A DNA stretch of 63,193 bases, the filler included, from Octopus bimaculoides (lineage: Eukaryota), in assembly GCF_001194135.2 (NCBI RefSeq). It is 4 parts of 4 records of this genome, joined end to end, with 100 filler letters (N's around TTAATTAATTAA, not from the genome) between each part and the next. Parts side by side here need not be neighbours in the genome. Positions count along the whole stretch, not along the records: positions 25,532 to 44,851 come from NC_068984.1; positions 44,952 to 52,700 come from NC_068986.1; positions 52,801 to 63,193 come from NC_068994.1; 1 more part is not named here. One strand, 5' to 3'. Each line of letters begins with the position of its first letter. The stretch's first letter is position 1. Positions 42,280-55,829 of the stretch are shown piece after piece. Below the pieces are notes generated by a model. That model saw nothing but the letters and a program-made list of their open reading frames with translations, ran no database searches and had not been told where the DNA came from. Position numbers and translations under genes: made by a program.

Positions 42280-42830
42280 AAGGAGGTGGTTGTGGTCATG
42301 GTAGTAGTAGTAGTAGTAGTGTCAGTGGTGGTGGTGGTGATGGTGATGGTGGAGGTGGTGATGGTAATGGTGGCGGTAGTAGTAGTAGTAGTAGTAATGT
42401 CAGAGGTGGTGCGGTAGTGGTGATAGTGGAGTCAATGGGAGGTACTGGTGGTCGTGATGTCGGTGGTGGTGGTGGTGGTATTAGTTGTGCTAGTAGTGGT
42501 GCTGTAGGTTCTAGTACTGATGCTGTATCGTATTAGTATTGGCTGTAGCAGTAGTATTAGTAGTGGTGGTAGTAGTATGGTCTTCAGGTGATTGGTGATT
42601 GTTGGGAGTCGCAGAAGAGGTGTTGTCGTTGATATTGGTGGTGGTGGTCGTGGTGATGACGGGCGGTGGTGGTTTTTCTGGAAGTAGAGTAGTAGCAGTG
42701 AGAGCGATGGTATTCGTGGTAGTGGTGCTGGTGGTAGTGTCGATTGTTTTAACAGCGGTAGTGGCAGTGGTTGTAATGCGAGTGGTTATTGTAGTGGTGA
42801 CGATTGGTAGAGTAGAGTGGATTACTCCCA
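42280..42830. repeat. Degenerate (GTG/GTA)n low-complexity tract
   Basis: Direct inspection. Similar tracts at 10290-10700, 36035-36375, 50550-50760 and 59095-59340. Confidence 0.85.
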
Positions 42831-43000
42831 CAAGTCCCACAAGTCCCACAAGTCAGTGCTTACCCGAAAAAAGTGATTTCCTCTTCGTGGGTGTTCGTTA
42901 TCCCCAATTCAGTTTTGATCCAGCCGATCCAGGATCGAATGTGTTCTGCGACCAAAGGTGCAGGCATGACTGTGTAGTCAAGGAGCTTGCTTTGTAACCG

Positions 43001-43215
43001 GCCCTTTGAATCACAGGCACAACAGAAACAGGAAGAAAGAGTGAGAGAAAGTTATGGTGATAGAGTACAGCAGGGTTCGTCACCACCTCTTGTCGGAGCC
43101 TCATGGAGCTCTAGGTGTTTTTGCTCAATACACACTCACAACGGCCGGTCTGGGAATCGAAACCGCGGTCCTACGACCGCGAATCCGCTGCCCTAACCAC
43201 TGGGCCATTGTGCCT
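43001..43215 (-). mobile_element. tRNA-derived SINE, family C, 5' half
   Basis: Reverse complement of approximately 903-1110. Confidence 0.8.
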
Positions 43216-43224
43216 CGACATATG

Positions 43225-43348
43225 TATGGGAGAATTAACGAAAAAAAACAACAGACGAAGACAGGTGGTGTAAATAACAAATGGATATTAGTATAACACT
43301 CAGGAATAGAGAAAGTCTTTAACGTTTCGAGCCTACGCTCTTCATATG
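43225..43348 (-). mobile_element. Truncated copy of the same pseudo-LTR repeat
   Basis: The reverse complement TGAAGAGCGTAGGCTCGAAACGTTAAAGACTTTCTC...CCTGTCTTCGTC matches 59439-59530. Confidence 0.7.
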
Positions 43349-43473
43349 TAATTATACATAATTACGGTGTGGCCAAAGCGTTATCTACAACACTGACATC
43401 GACTTATATCAAATCTAACTAAACTCTATTATTTTTTCTCTTCATTTTCTTTCTCAACTTTTGGATGTGGCAG

Positions 43474-43636
43474 CACGGAATAATCAAGGTTTTCGGTGAG
43501 GAATTCATTATTATGCCAATAATTGAATCAGCCGACACTCCAACTGGAGGACTTCAGAACTCTGTTAAACATGGAATTGGTAAACTGAGAGGCAACAAGG
43601 CCTTTGATTTTGGCCGTGATTATATTCCCATACCAG
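43474..43636 (+). CDS. Internal exon of the same gene, prodomain part 3
   Basis: Pyrimidine tract then ...ggatgtggcag|, consensus donor CAG|gtaagt, phase 0 to 1. Translates HGIIKVFGEEFIIMPIIESADTPTGGLQNSVKHGIGKLRGNKAFDFGRDYIPIP. The GIIKVFGEEFIIMP stretch resembles the G-x-I-x4-E-Y/F-x-I-x-P motif of reprolysin propeptides. Confidence 0.75.
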
Positions 43637-44106
43637 GTAAGTACCTGATAAAATACTTCAGTTTATAAAAAAGAAAAAAAGGTGAACGATGGCAGAATCG
43701 GTAGAACATCCATAAAAATACATTGTTGTAAATAATTAGTTTCCTTTACGTTCTGATTTCGAATCCTGTTCAAGTAAAGTCTGCGTTTCTTTCGAGGTTG
43801 GTAAAATAAGAATCTGCCTACAAGTGGCAGAGAAAAACATCAACGAGAAATGTGCGAAGAATCAAGCGGTTCCGATACATGGCCATGCTACAGCAGAGGC
43901 TATCATAAAAGGTAGAGATCGAGCCTCTGTCTAGTTGACCCTAGGATAGGGTGTTTGAATCCATAATTAAAAATGGGACTTAGCAAACAATAAAGAAGTC
44001 TGTTTAGAGTTCAGTGTGGCACCTAGGGCCTCTTCTACGATAATACTGCGTCTGCCGATGCTATGTGAATGCATTTGATAGTCGGTAACTGCGTGGAAGC
44101 CCGTTG

Positions 44107-44171
<65 letters not shown>

Positions 44172-44752
44172 NNNNNNNNNNNNNNNNNNNNNNNNNNNNN
44201 NNNNNNNNNNNNNNNNNNNNNNNNNNNNNNNNNNNNNNNNNNNNNNNNNNNNNNNNNNNNNNNNNNNNNNNNNNNNNNNNNNNNNNNNNNNNNNNNNNNN
44301 NNNNNNNNNNNNNNNNNNNNNNNNNNNNNNNNNNNNNNNNNNNNNNNNNNNNNNNNNNNNNNNNNNNNNNNNNNNNNNNNNNNNNTTTCTAAATGACAAA
44401 GTAAAGTATACAGTCACACTTGCGTCATTTGAGAAGGGCGCCATTTTGCAACAATAATAGTAATAATAATAATAATAATTTCTGTGCTAGATTTAATTAT
44501 GACTAATTTGACATTTTGTCTATCGGCCATGGTTGTCTCGATTACATTTGACCTGATGATGTAAAACTGACAAGTTAAAGAAGCCCTCTTGCTCTCACCT
44601 ATGTCATACATCTAAAGTGAGACTTCAATTACTTCCTCTGTCTTAAGAGGCTTTTCTTTCTTTTTCTTGTTCTTTCTTTCCTGTCACCATATTTGCCGTC
44701 AAATTATCCTCTCAACAATCATGCCTTCACTTCCGCTTCAGGATCTGAAATG

Positions 44753-44794
<42 letters not shown>

Positions 44795-44951
44795 CACACG
44801 CACACGCACACGCACACGCGCGCACACACACATACTGCTGCAAATCTACATNNNNNNNNNNNNNNNNNNNNNNNNNNNNNNNNNNNNNNNNNNNNTTAAT
44901 TAATTAANNNNNNNNNNNNNNNNNNNNNNNNNNNNNNNNNNNNNNNNNNNN

Positions 44952-44990
<39 letters not shown>

Positions 44991-45187
44991 AATAATAAGG
45001 TACTCAGATATCTGGATGGTTATACATCTACAGATTTTTATTAGTATGTCACATGTCTTTATAAATTAGCGCTTGCATCTATTCTTGTAGATTATCTAGA
45101 TTATATATATATATATAGAAAAATTAATAAGTAAAACCACAATAAATAACTATAATATAATACAAACTAAATATCATAAGATAATCT

Positions 45188-45313
<126 letters not shown>

Positions 45314-45329
45314 ACACACACCCTAAGTC

Positions 45330-47240
45330 ATTAAAAACAACACGATTGAATATACCAAGACTAGCAAGTATTTTCATCAAATCATTAAATAAAATAACAG
45401 CAGAAATAAAGCCTTCGTGAACATTAGACCTATGGTAAAAATTTTCTCTTTCTTTATTGTCTGTCAAGTTCGATGTTATTTAAGTCCCTTTTGATACTCT
45501 ACCAATAGTCAGCCATCATTCGTTTGTTCCACCTTCCCTGGCAACGCTCTTCCATTGTTTTGCTATCCTGATGGAATCGTTCTCCTTGCTCATCACTCAC
45601 ATCGCCGCAATTATCCGGACATTTATCTCGATGGCTATGTAAAAAAAAGAACCTTAATACTCATATCAGCGCTTATGTTCTGTAGACTTTTCAACAGACT
45701 TTCCACCAACTCGTTGTAGTTTTCCGTCCAGCGATTGCCTAAGAATCTTTTCACCAAGTCAACATACGATGCCCAAGCGCGTAATTCATTGTATTAACAA
45801 ATTCATCATCTTTAATGAGTTTCCTGATATCCGAACCATCAAACACTCCTACTTTGAGCTTTTCGGTGCTAAGTCCTGGAAACGATTTACATATATACTC
45901 AAAACATTTACTTTCATTGATGAGTGATTTTATATACTGTTTCATTAATCCCAATTTGGTATGCAAGGAAGGGAAGATGATTTTTTCTTTCGAAAATAGT
46001 GCTGCACAAATAACGTTCTTTCCTCTGACTTCTGGGTGGGCAATCTTTCCTTTTTTGGTGCCCCTCTTTTGCTCTGCTGTCCCACATACGCACACAAAAG
46101 AAGATATGGGAATTTCGTGTGGCCACTTTGTTGACCTAGCAGGAAATCTAACATTTTCAAATCGACACATAACACCAATTTATGTTTGGTGTAGTCAATA
46201 TGTTCCCTAACCTGTTTGGTGGCATCATGTTTTTCTTTCCGTTTGGCTGAATGACATATAGGTATTGGTGCATACATGTTGGTATTATAGAGCAAAACAA
46301 ATTACAAACTACGCTTTGAACTATCAATGAACAATCTCTATTTACCAGGATTGTATTTGTGGACGTCTAGTCGAAGAAGAACGCTCTCAACGTTATTGCA
46401 ATGAACAAGATTTGTGTTCTCATTAAAGAATGGTACAAATTCGGCATTCCTCTTTCGATAGAATGTTACCTTTGTGCCTTTTGCACAAAAAAAAACAGGA
46501 GTTTGTTGAGCATTTACATTACACTTTGCGTGTTCACATTAAGGAAATTTGATCTTTCCTAATGTCCCAATAACAAAAGACGGGAAGAGTCGTTACGCTA
46601 ATTCTACTTCGTATCTTCGTAAACCCGCGTTAGAGGCAGATGTTATGGTGAAACCACTTTTATGATGTTCATCGTGTACAATGGAATAGATGCATTCAAT
46701 TGGGATGTCTTTAGTTGGATGTTTTTTGTTTTCCAACTGTGAAAACAAAAGCTCTTAATGTGCTTGGTTTCCTTCTGTATTGAAAGGATAAAAGTAATGG
46801 GATAAATTTATGAATATCAAACAGAAGATTTTAGGGTTTCATTTTTTTTTTATGTCACCTTAATTATCAGGTTTACTAAAGCGTATTAATGATAAAGTTC
46901 TTCAGTTAATTTCAATGTTGGCAATAAATTGGAAAAATTATGTACTTCTATTTTAAAAGATTTGACTCAAAACACCTTTTTCTTATAGGAATAGTTTATT
47001 TCAGGTGGTTGACATAAGTTGCTCGGCCTACCTGAAAATTCATGCGTTTTTAACAATATTTTCCTATCAGCCAAGATTGTAAATTGATCATTTTTCCAAA
47101 CATGAGTAATTTCAGTACAGCAAAAACGGTAGCTGATAATGAAAAACTAAGGTTCTTTTCGGAATCAGCACTATCAAATTAGCTAAAAAGAAAACAAGAA
47201 GTGTTTTGCTTCTTGGCAAAAAAAATCGTATTGACCAGTG
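45330..47240 (-). mobile_element. Chapaev-3-like (CMC) DNA transposon, degenerate
   Basis: Fragments RLFIDSSKRSL, LCVDLKMLDFLLGQQSGHTKFP, WDSRAK, SLHTKLGLMKQYIKSL, GVFDGSDIRKLIKD and VSDEQGERFHQDSKTMEERCQGRW. The minus-strand 5' end starts CACTG at 47240. The family call is from recalled motifs, and the left boundary is approximate. Confidence 0.75.
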
Positions 47241-47343
47241 TTATCAATATTATTTTTATGATTGTTATTTTTTATATACTACGGATATATATTATATTTT
47301 ATATAAATTTTAAACGTATATATATAAATATATACTTATCTGT

Positions 47344-47384
<41 letters not shown>

Positions 47385-48506
47385 NNNNNNNNNNNNNNNN
47401 NNNNNNNNNNNNNNNNNNNNNNNNNNNNNNNNNNNNNNNNNNNNNNNNNNNNNNNNNNNNNNNNNNNNNNNNNNNNNNNNNNNNNNNNNNNNNNNNNNNN
47501 NNNNNNNNNNNNNNNNNNNNNNNNNNNNNNNNNNNNNNNNNNNNNNNNNNNNNNNNNNNNNNNNNNNNNNNNNNNNNNNNNNNNACATGCATACATAGAT
47601 ATCTGTATGTGTGTGTACAACAACTACAATTTATTTACATTTCCTGCTGGCTGCTTTATTAATATACATATACACTGTAATATTAGATACACTTTAATGT
47701 TAGATTTATTACAAAATTCTTTACTTTTGCTTTCTACTATTTTATATATTTTTTCTTATTGCTGTTGATGTTGTTGTCGTTGGCGGCGGTGGTGGTGGTG
47801 GCGGTGGCGCGAAGTTGTACATTTTTGTTCTGTTATTCCAATTGAAAATGGATTATTATTTTTTTTTTCCTTCCTCCTGTCTATTCTCATTCTGGAATGG
47901 ATGTTTGTGTGAGATGAATATATATGACAGTATCGATTTATTTAGAGTACAACAAAAGCATTTTTCTGTGTTAGAAGTATAGAATAGAGAGAATATTGTA
48001 TGGTCAAAGTTCCACTACATTACTGATACTTATTTTATTTTTTGTATACAAGAGAAAATTAAATGCAATTTCCACATCGATCGCATTCGATATCAGAAAT
48101 CCAAGAAGTTTGTAAAAATCTATATTGTTTTTAATCCGTCATTTGAGACTTTTTATTAAATGACTAACCTCTCCATATTCCAACCAGAAATAAGTTAGAG
48201 TACTTTCCGGGCGTTGGAATCGAGCTCAAATGGAACCTAAAATATATAATACATTTGTTTAAAAGACAGTCTTAGTGGATGCGTCTTGTTGTATATCAGC
48301 GAGTTCAATGTCTGACGACAGCTATAGATTTGAGCAAAATTTGTTCTTTATTTCCGTGCGGTTGAGTGCTCAGAAATAGAATCTGTGGCCGGCCCATATC
48401 TACAATTTACATCATTGATAAATGACACTGACGTTGATGAGATTCGAACACAGAAATTAATCAAAGCGCCATCTATTTATGCTCGATGTAATGTTACTTT
48501 TCAAAT

Positions 48507-48855
48507 GGAGACGCAATGGCCCAGTTGTTAGGGCAGCGGACTCGCGGTCATAGGATTGTGGTTTCGATTCCCAGACCGGGAAAACACATAAAGCTCCACA
48601 AGGCTTCAGCAAGGGATGGTGGCGAAGCCTGCTGTACTCTTTCACCACAACTTTCTCTCACTCTGTTGTGCCTGTAATTCAAAGGGTCAGCCTTGTCACA
48701 TTGTGTCACGCTGAGTTTCCCCGAGAATTACGTTAAAGATACACGTGTCTGCGGAGTGTTCAGCCACTTGCACGTTAGTTTCACGAGCAGGCTGTTCCGT
48801 TGATCGGATCAACTTGGACCCTCGACGTCGTAAGCGACAGGGTGCCAATAATACA
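48507..48855 (+). mobile_element. tRNA-derived SINE, family C
   Basis: Colinear with 903-1284. Confidence 0.85.
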
Positions 48856-49384
48856 ACAATGTTAGTTTTCAACGAAGCTACTCTTTATATCATCATCAGT
48901 GATGCAAACCTCCTACTTTCAGTTTAAACATCAAGATTAGGAAATTCAAAGTTAGAAATTTCTGTAAATCAAAAATTATAGGTTCTGTACAATTACGTCG
49001 CTCACGTAAACATGGTTTTATGACAGAGAGTCTCCATTTGCAATTAAGATTCTCCCACTTTGTCTCTGCCACCCGACATCAGGGACTTACATAAGCGCTG
49101 CACTATCTTCATCGGTGGCCCTGTTTTAGTTTTAAAATTTCCTCTTTGAAAACTGAGCGGAGTGTCTCAAATATATACATACACAAGACACACGCACACA
49201 CGCACGCACACACATACACATGTGTGTGTACCTGTGTGTGTGTATGCGTGTGTGTGAGTTTCTGTGAATGTGTAGGCTTGCGTTTGAATGTGCGTGTGTG
49301 TGTATATATATATATTTATGTGTGTATGTGTGTGTGCCTGTGTACAAGGGACTGTGGAAAGTCCTTGCCATCAACTTGTTATAA

Positions 49385-50152
49385 AAGCAGGTAGTAATTT
49401 TACCTTGACTTTATTCTTAGTGCAAGTTTTGAAGAGTACAGTTCAATTTTAACAGTTTTATTTTAAAAGCTATAATGGAAGTGACAAAAGAGCCTATTTT
49501 GCTTTATGAGTTCAATGAAGGTAAAATTAATGCAGCATATGGGGATCGGAAAATAACTGTAAGACAGTGTCAGCGGTGACTCCAGAAATTGCGAGCCGTA
49601 AACTACAGTTTAGAAGACGAGCCTCATCCTGGAAGATCTGTAGAGCTCGACGTGGACGTCCTACAAATCCATCGTAACTATTGAAGAACTAGCTGAGAAT
49701 ATTGTATTTGGTCATTCAACCATTCATCGACATCAGAATTAGAAGAAATGCGACTATCTTTTGTTTCAAAACGCAAGGTGTTCTTCTATCAGGATAATGC
49801 TCAGCCACATACAGCGAAGATGACATTCCAAAAGCTGGATCAGTTTGAAAGCGAAACGATGTCCCATCCACTATATTCGCTGGACAAGGCCGCATCTGAT
49901 TATCATTTATTTAGCACTCTTCAAAATCATTTGGACGGGAACAATATGAATTCTGTAGACGAGGTCAGAACAGTAGTGGAGGAGTAGTTTTCGTCACGGA
50001 CAAATGGATTTTGGAAGAGGGGCCTTGCAAGACTACTAGACAGATGGAAGAACTTTGTAGAAAATGAAGAGAGTATATTTTAGATTGAAGAACTGTGTTT
50101 ATCTTAATTTCGAAAATATAAAAAAACCCGCATTATTTATGGGATGAGCCGA
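49385..50152 (+). mobile_element. Mariner (DD34D) transposon remnant, internally deleted
   Basis: N-terminus MEVTKE...LEDEPHPGRSVELD from ATG 49475. QDNAQPH followed by 34 residues to D in SDYHLF. Ends in a TIR-like sequence followed by TA at 50153. Confidence 0.85.
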
Positions 50153-50239
50153 TACACACACACACACACACACACAGGCATACACATACACATTTATACA
50201 TATATATATACACACACGCACACGCTTGCATATTCTCTC

Positions 50240-50271
<32 letters not shown>

Positions 50272-50274
50272 ATT

Positions 50275-50309
<35 letters not shown>

Positions 50310-51384
50310 GTCTCCCCCCTCTCATTCACACACAAACAGTCCCTCTGTATCCAAGAAATGAAATAATCAAATTATGAAATATCATCGAACATTTCATGTC
50401 TGAATAGAAATCATAATTCGGACAAAGGAGAAAACATATTCGTCCTGATATCGATCTCCTGTGTTGGAATAATGATGTAGCGATTAACGATACGAGAAAA
50501 TATAACCACGATAAAACAGATCTGATTCTGATGTTATGTATAAGAAACATGGCGACGACGACGACAACGATCTTGATGATCTTGATGATTATGACAATGG
50601 CGATGATGATGGAAAAGATGATGATGATTATGAAGTAGATGATAGTGATGATGATATTGTTGATGCTGCTGCTGATGATGATAATGATAATATTGTTGAT
50701 GTTAATGATGACGATGATGGTAATGGTGGTGGTGAACATGATGACGATGGGGCCGATGATGCCGACGCCTAAGAGGCCAACGGAAGCAATGATAAAGATT
50801 GATGAGGAATATGGTTGTAGGTATTATTAATGATGACGACTTTGGTCATATTAATCATATTATTAATGATGATGACAATGGACTGAAAATTGGTTTGCTT
50901 TAAATGCTGAAATAGAAGGCAATTGAGTTCATATTTCGTTTCTCGTATATTTTTGTAGATATTTCACATCAATTATGATGTTATCATCCATGGCGAAAGC
51001 ATAAAATGTCACCATTGTACATCTGCAAAATCGAATTGAGAGATAGCAACAAAAGTAGAAATAATAACATAAGTAATTACGTCTATCTGTTTCGATCGAA
51101 ACGTATGTAATTGATGTAATGGCTTGTATGTAATTGATGTAATTAATTTAATGGAATTCTAATACTAATTTAAAATACGAAATATAAAGAGTAAAATCTA
51201 ACTGTTAAATGTGCGATGAATCTAAAATGTCCGTGGTAATAAGAGCGGTGTCAGTTATCTCTGGACCTAATACGCCCTTTCTATGGGTGGATATCAATCT
51301 TTGCCAGATATCGTTTAGTTAATCGTGCCAATCTCAAAATACCTACATGTGTGTGTGTGGATGTGTTTGTGTGTGTGTGTGTGT

Positions 51385-51478
<94 letters not shown>

Positions 51479-52324
51479 GTTTGTATGTGTGTGTGTGCGC
51501 GCATGTGTGTGTGCGTGTGTGCGTGTGTGTGTGTGTGTTCATTCTGAAATATTCTCTAAACCAGAAGCCAGAGCTCCTGAGCCATTGTAGACCCGCTAAT
51601 AAATACTTTGTGAAATGCCAAACCATCGTCAATGGATGCCAGATCTTTGATTTCGGCATTGCCCAATACTACCGAGTAAATCTCCTCTATTCAAACATAC
51701 ACAGTAAAAAATTAAAATAAAATTTTTAAAAAACCTTCGACTTTTCGTAAACTCTCTCGATTTTCGATAGTTTCGAACACATACCCCCGTTTTTTCCGCA
51801 GAACTATACTAAGTTTTATTCATAAATTTTATCCATTAGTTTTTAATTCAGTTTTTATTATTTTTTACATATTTTCAATTCTTTTCAATTTTAATAACCA
51901 ATTTTATTTAACTAATATTTTACATGCATGTCCAGACAGAAATTTGCTATTGTGCGTATTGAATCTACTTATTCATTATATTACTACCTTAAATTATTAT
52001 TATTATTCAATAAAATTTATTCAACAGGGTTATTCAATAATGTATTTATTCAATCCTATTCAATTTTCCTCTTACGATATTATCATTTTATTATTCAATT
52101 TTCTTATAATATTTACCATGATGTTTTGTACTTCAACAATTAGGTGCAATTAGTTTCTCACAAAGAGTTACATCCCACTGTATCTCATCTGTAATATATT
52201 CCATTTTGATCTATTTTATTGGTTCATTAGTATCGTTTACGGCTGAGCGGCCAAAGTTTTCTTATTGTTATTCTGTCGCTCGAATTCATTTAACAGCCTG
52301 GATTATATTACGAGTGTTTAATTA

Positions 52325-52443
<119 letters not shown>

Positions 52444-52634
52444 TTATGTATATATATATATGTTTATATATATATGTATTCATATATATATATATATATA
52501 TGTATATATGTGTGTATACTATAAGTATATATTTTTGTATCCATGTGAATTTTGTTCTTACTCTTTCTGATACAAATATTAGACCACACTTTCTGTCCCT
52601 ATCCCCTCTCTCTATATATATAGATACATATGCG

Positions 52635-52673
<39 letters not shown>

Positions 52674-52806
52674 ATATATATATATATATATATATATATA
52701 NNNNNNNNNNNNNNNNNNNNNNNNNNNNNNNNNNNNNNNNNNNNTTAATTAATTAANNNNNNNNNNNNNNNNNNNNNNNNNNNNNNNNNNNNNNNNNNNN
52801 ATTAAA

Positions 52807-53889
52807 ATGACAGATCTATCGGACTTTCAAAGAAGTCAAATTATTAGTGCTCGTATGGCAGGTGCTAGCGTAACGAAAACAGTCGAAATGTTTGGTGTAT
52901 CAAGAAGTACTGTCCTGTAAGCAATGACAGCTTTTGAGAAAGAGTGAAAAATCTCCTTGTCGAAACAAAACTCCGGAAGAAAACCAAAACTTTCAGATAG
53001 GGACCGTCGGACTCTTACGCGAATTGTTAGAAAGAATCACAAAAGTACAGCTCCCAAAAATTACTGCAAAGCTTAATTATCACCTCGAGAACCCAGTTTC
53101 CACAAAAACTGTTCGCCGGGAGCTGCACAAAGCCGGATTTCACGGAAGGGCTGTAATCAGAAAACCACTACTTTCAAAAACAAACGTTGCAAAGCTTTTA
53201 GAGTGGAGTAAAAACCTACAGAATTGGTCCCTAGAGCAGTGGAAGAATGTTATTTTCTCGGACGAATCATCCTTTACCTTATTTCCGACTACCTGCCGAG
53301 TATACCTGTGGAGACAGCCAAAATAAGCATTTGACCCAGACTGCCTTCTTCCAACTGTTAAACATGGAGAAGGATCTGTGATGATCTGGCTGGGGTCTAT
53401 ATCTCGGAAATCCGCCGACCCAGTGGTTTCCCTTCATGGAAGAATTAATAGTCAAGACTATTTAAGCATTTTATCTGATCAAATTCATCCTACGATTGCG
53501 GAACTGTTTCCGGAGGGAAATGCAATCTTTCAGGATGATAACGCACCAGTTCACACAGCTAAAGTTGTTATTGAATGGCACGAGGAGCATTCTAGTGAAA
53601 TTGAACATCTTATCTGGCCACCACAGTCCTTAGATCTCAATATTATTGAACATTTATGGTGCATTTAGGAAAACAAGGAGTTCATATCCTCCACCATCAT
53701 CACTACAAGAACTGGAAAATGTTTTAGCTGAAGAATGGACAAAAATTCCGTTGGAAACAATTCAAACTTTGTACGAGTCCATACCTCGTAGAATTCAAGC
53801 TGTAATTACTGCCAAAGGCGGTCCTACCCCGTATTAAAATTAATTTGTTTGAAATTTTAAGGTGTTTCCATTATTTCGTCCAACCCCTG
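52807..53889 (+). mobile_element. Tc1-like DNA transposon, DD36E (Incomer-like), disrupted transposase
   Basis: ATG at 52807 (MTDLSDFQRSQIISARMAGASVTKT). Catalytic motifs: FSDESSF (D 53261), QDDNAP (D 53537), 36 residues, then E of NIIEHLW (53648); C-terminus KGGPTPY. Right end ...CAACCCCTG then TA; the left end lies in the N-gap. Several stops and frameshifts. Confidence 0.9.
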
Positions 53890-54404
53890 TATATAGTATG
53901 TTTGTCATGCAGAGCGTGAAATCAATTGGTATTGAAATATACATCAATTACTGATGTATCCAATGCAAAGTTGAACCTATTTCTCATATGTTCGTTGCAT
54001 TGCTCGTATGTATTTTTATCGTGAGATTTTATGGTGATTTTTGGAGCATTGGCTCTGGTATTATATATCCTATTGTATCTTAATTTACCTTTTATATGTG
54101 TGTGTGTGTGTGTGGAGAGAGAGAGGGGGAGGGAGGGAGAGAGAGAGAGTGCGCGCACGCGTCCCTTTCGGATTTATGATTTACTGATGATCCATCTCGC
54201 TCCCCGGCCAGAGTGTATTGCAAAGTGGTTTGGTTTGTGTTAAATAGCTGTCTGACAGGCCGCGCTTCTACATATTTACGAAAACCACTTAGTCTCTCGG
54301 AAATATGGAACGATATGACCTCGGATATTCTACTATGAATATTCCTACACCATCTAACGAGCTGTACACAAGAAAGGTGCTGGATAAAATGATAGACCTA
54401 ATAA

Positions 54405-55198
54405 AAAACCTGGGCACCAAACCGTTAATCTGTTAATCGTTAATTAACGAAGCTAACATTTCCGTTAACGATTTAACTTTTAAGTTAACTTTGGAAATCA
54501 TTATCGGACTAATTAACAGCCGTTACATTCGTTGACCCAAGTTGCTGCGACGATTTTTAGACTCAAGGACTTGGAAGTCCAAGGGCTTCGGCTACTGCAG
54601 CCCCTTGGTCGACACACTTTTGGCAGGCATCGACAAAAGGTTTAGGACCCTCTTGGAGGATGAGGAATGTCAGCTGGCTGCTGCCTTCTACTCCAGGTTT
54701 CGCCTCATCTGGTTGGATAAGTATGACAACAGTAAGGTCGCTAAGGTGAGGAAAAGCATGGTGTGTAAGGTCGAAGAGGCCATGAGGCAGCAATCTGACG
54801 AAGTGATCAGCAACAGTGGAGGCAGCAACAACGAAGAGGAGAGGATGACTGCTTCAGTGGTGTCACCCAACCAAAAGAGAGCAGCAGGAGTTACAGGTCA
54901 CTTAAGGACAAGGTCCAGAATTTGGTCACAACCTGGCTGGAGACCAACTCCAAGGACTTGCTAACAGATGCTGCTCTCTTAGGTGAGCAAGTGTTGGTGG
55001 ACTTGTTCATCAAGTTCAGCCTTCAGTGCTGCAGTGGAGCATTTGTTCTCTATGGGCAAGGAATCTTGAGGGCCAAGAGATTATCCCTGTCTGATGAAAA
55101 TTTTGTGTTTTTAGAGCAAAAATTTTTTTTTTCTATAGTAAAACTTAACGTTAACGGTTTATCGATAACTTCCGTTGGAATTTTAAAGAATTAACTGA
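54405..55198 (+). mobile_element. hAT transposase 3' fragment
   Basis: PLVDTLLAGIDKRF...CQLAAAFYSRFRLIWL, then a frameshifted dimerisation-domain motif (VDLFIKF / SAAVEHLFSMG / ILRAKRLSLSDENF). Both flanks are rich in GTTAAC-like subterminal motifs. Confidence 0.75.
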
Positions 55199-55262
55199 AT
55201 GTGTGTGTGTGTGTGTGTATGTGTGTGTGTGCGCGCGCGTGCATGTGTATCCTTGTCTGTGT

Positions 55263-55333
<71 letters not shown>

Positions 55334-55792
55334 GTGTGTGTGTGTTTGCGTTAATCGTTAGTCTTGAATATATTTTACCAAGGACGTCGAATAACACAAA
55401 AAGCGCTCGTTGCTTTGAAAGGCTGATCCGCTCCCTTGTGTAGAATCTAATAGAGTTATTTCCCTTGACTACTTTTTTCTTAGACATTAGATACTCAACG
55501 AGGGAGTTTTCATTTGCTAATGCATCAATAATCGTAGTTGATAGAAGTTTCTGAAGTCACTGTATTACAAATATGAAACCTTCTGGTATTTTTACTAAGT
55601 GTGCAGAACGCTGCCCTGAAATATTTTCTGCTCATGCATATTGTTGATTTTTCTACGAGCCAATCAGCGCACATCGGTCAGCTCTTCTGTAACTGTTATC
55701 TTTTCTGTCTCCCTCCCCCACCTCTCTCTTCTCGTTCAATTTTATCGTATTTACTTTCCTTTCCGAGGAAGTCTCAATCTCAAACACCCATA

Positions 55793-55829
<37 letters not shown>

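Noticed and set aside
42511-42849. Thr-rich mucin-like minus ORF (also the Asp-rich ORFs at 10561 and 50536)
   Set aside because: They arise from degenerate triplet repeats and have no convincing splice sites.
50959-51039. IIHGESIKCHHCTSAKSN, resembling a Ly6/three-finger N-terminus, after a strong acceptor
   Set aside because: A stop follows immediately, there is no usable donor before it, and no further Cys exons were found; likely chance.
51700-52190. Very AT-rich tract with repeated TATTCAA, considered as a NUMT or MITE
   Set aside because: No mitochondrial gene motif and no matching TIRs were recognisable.
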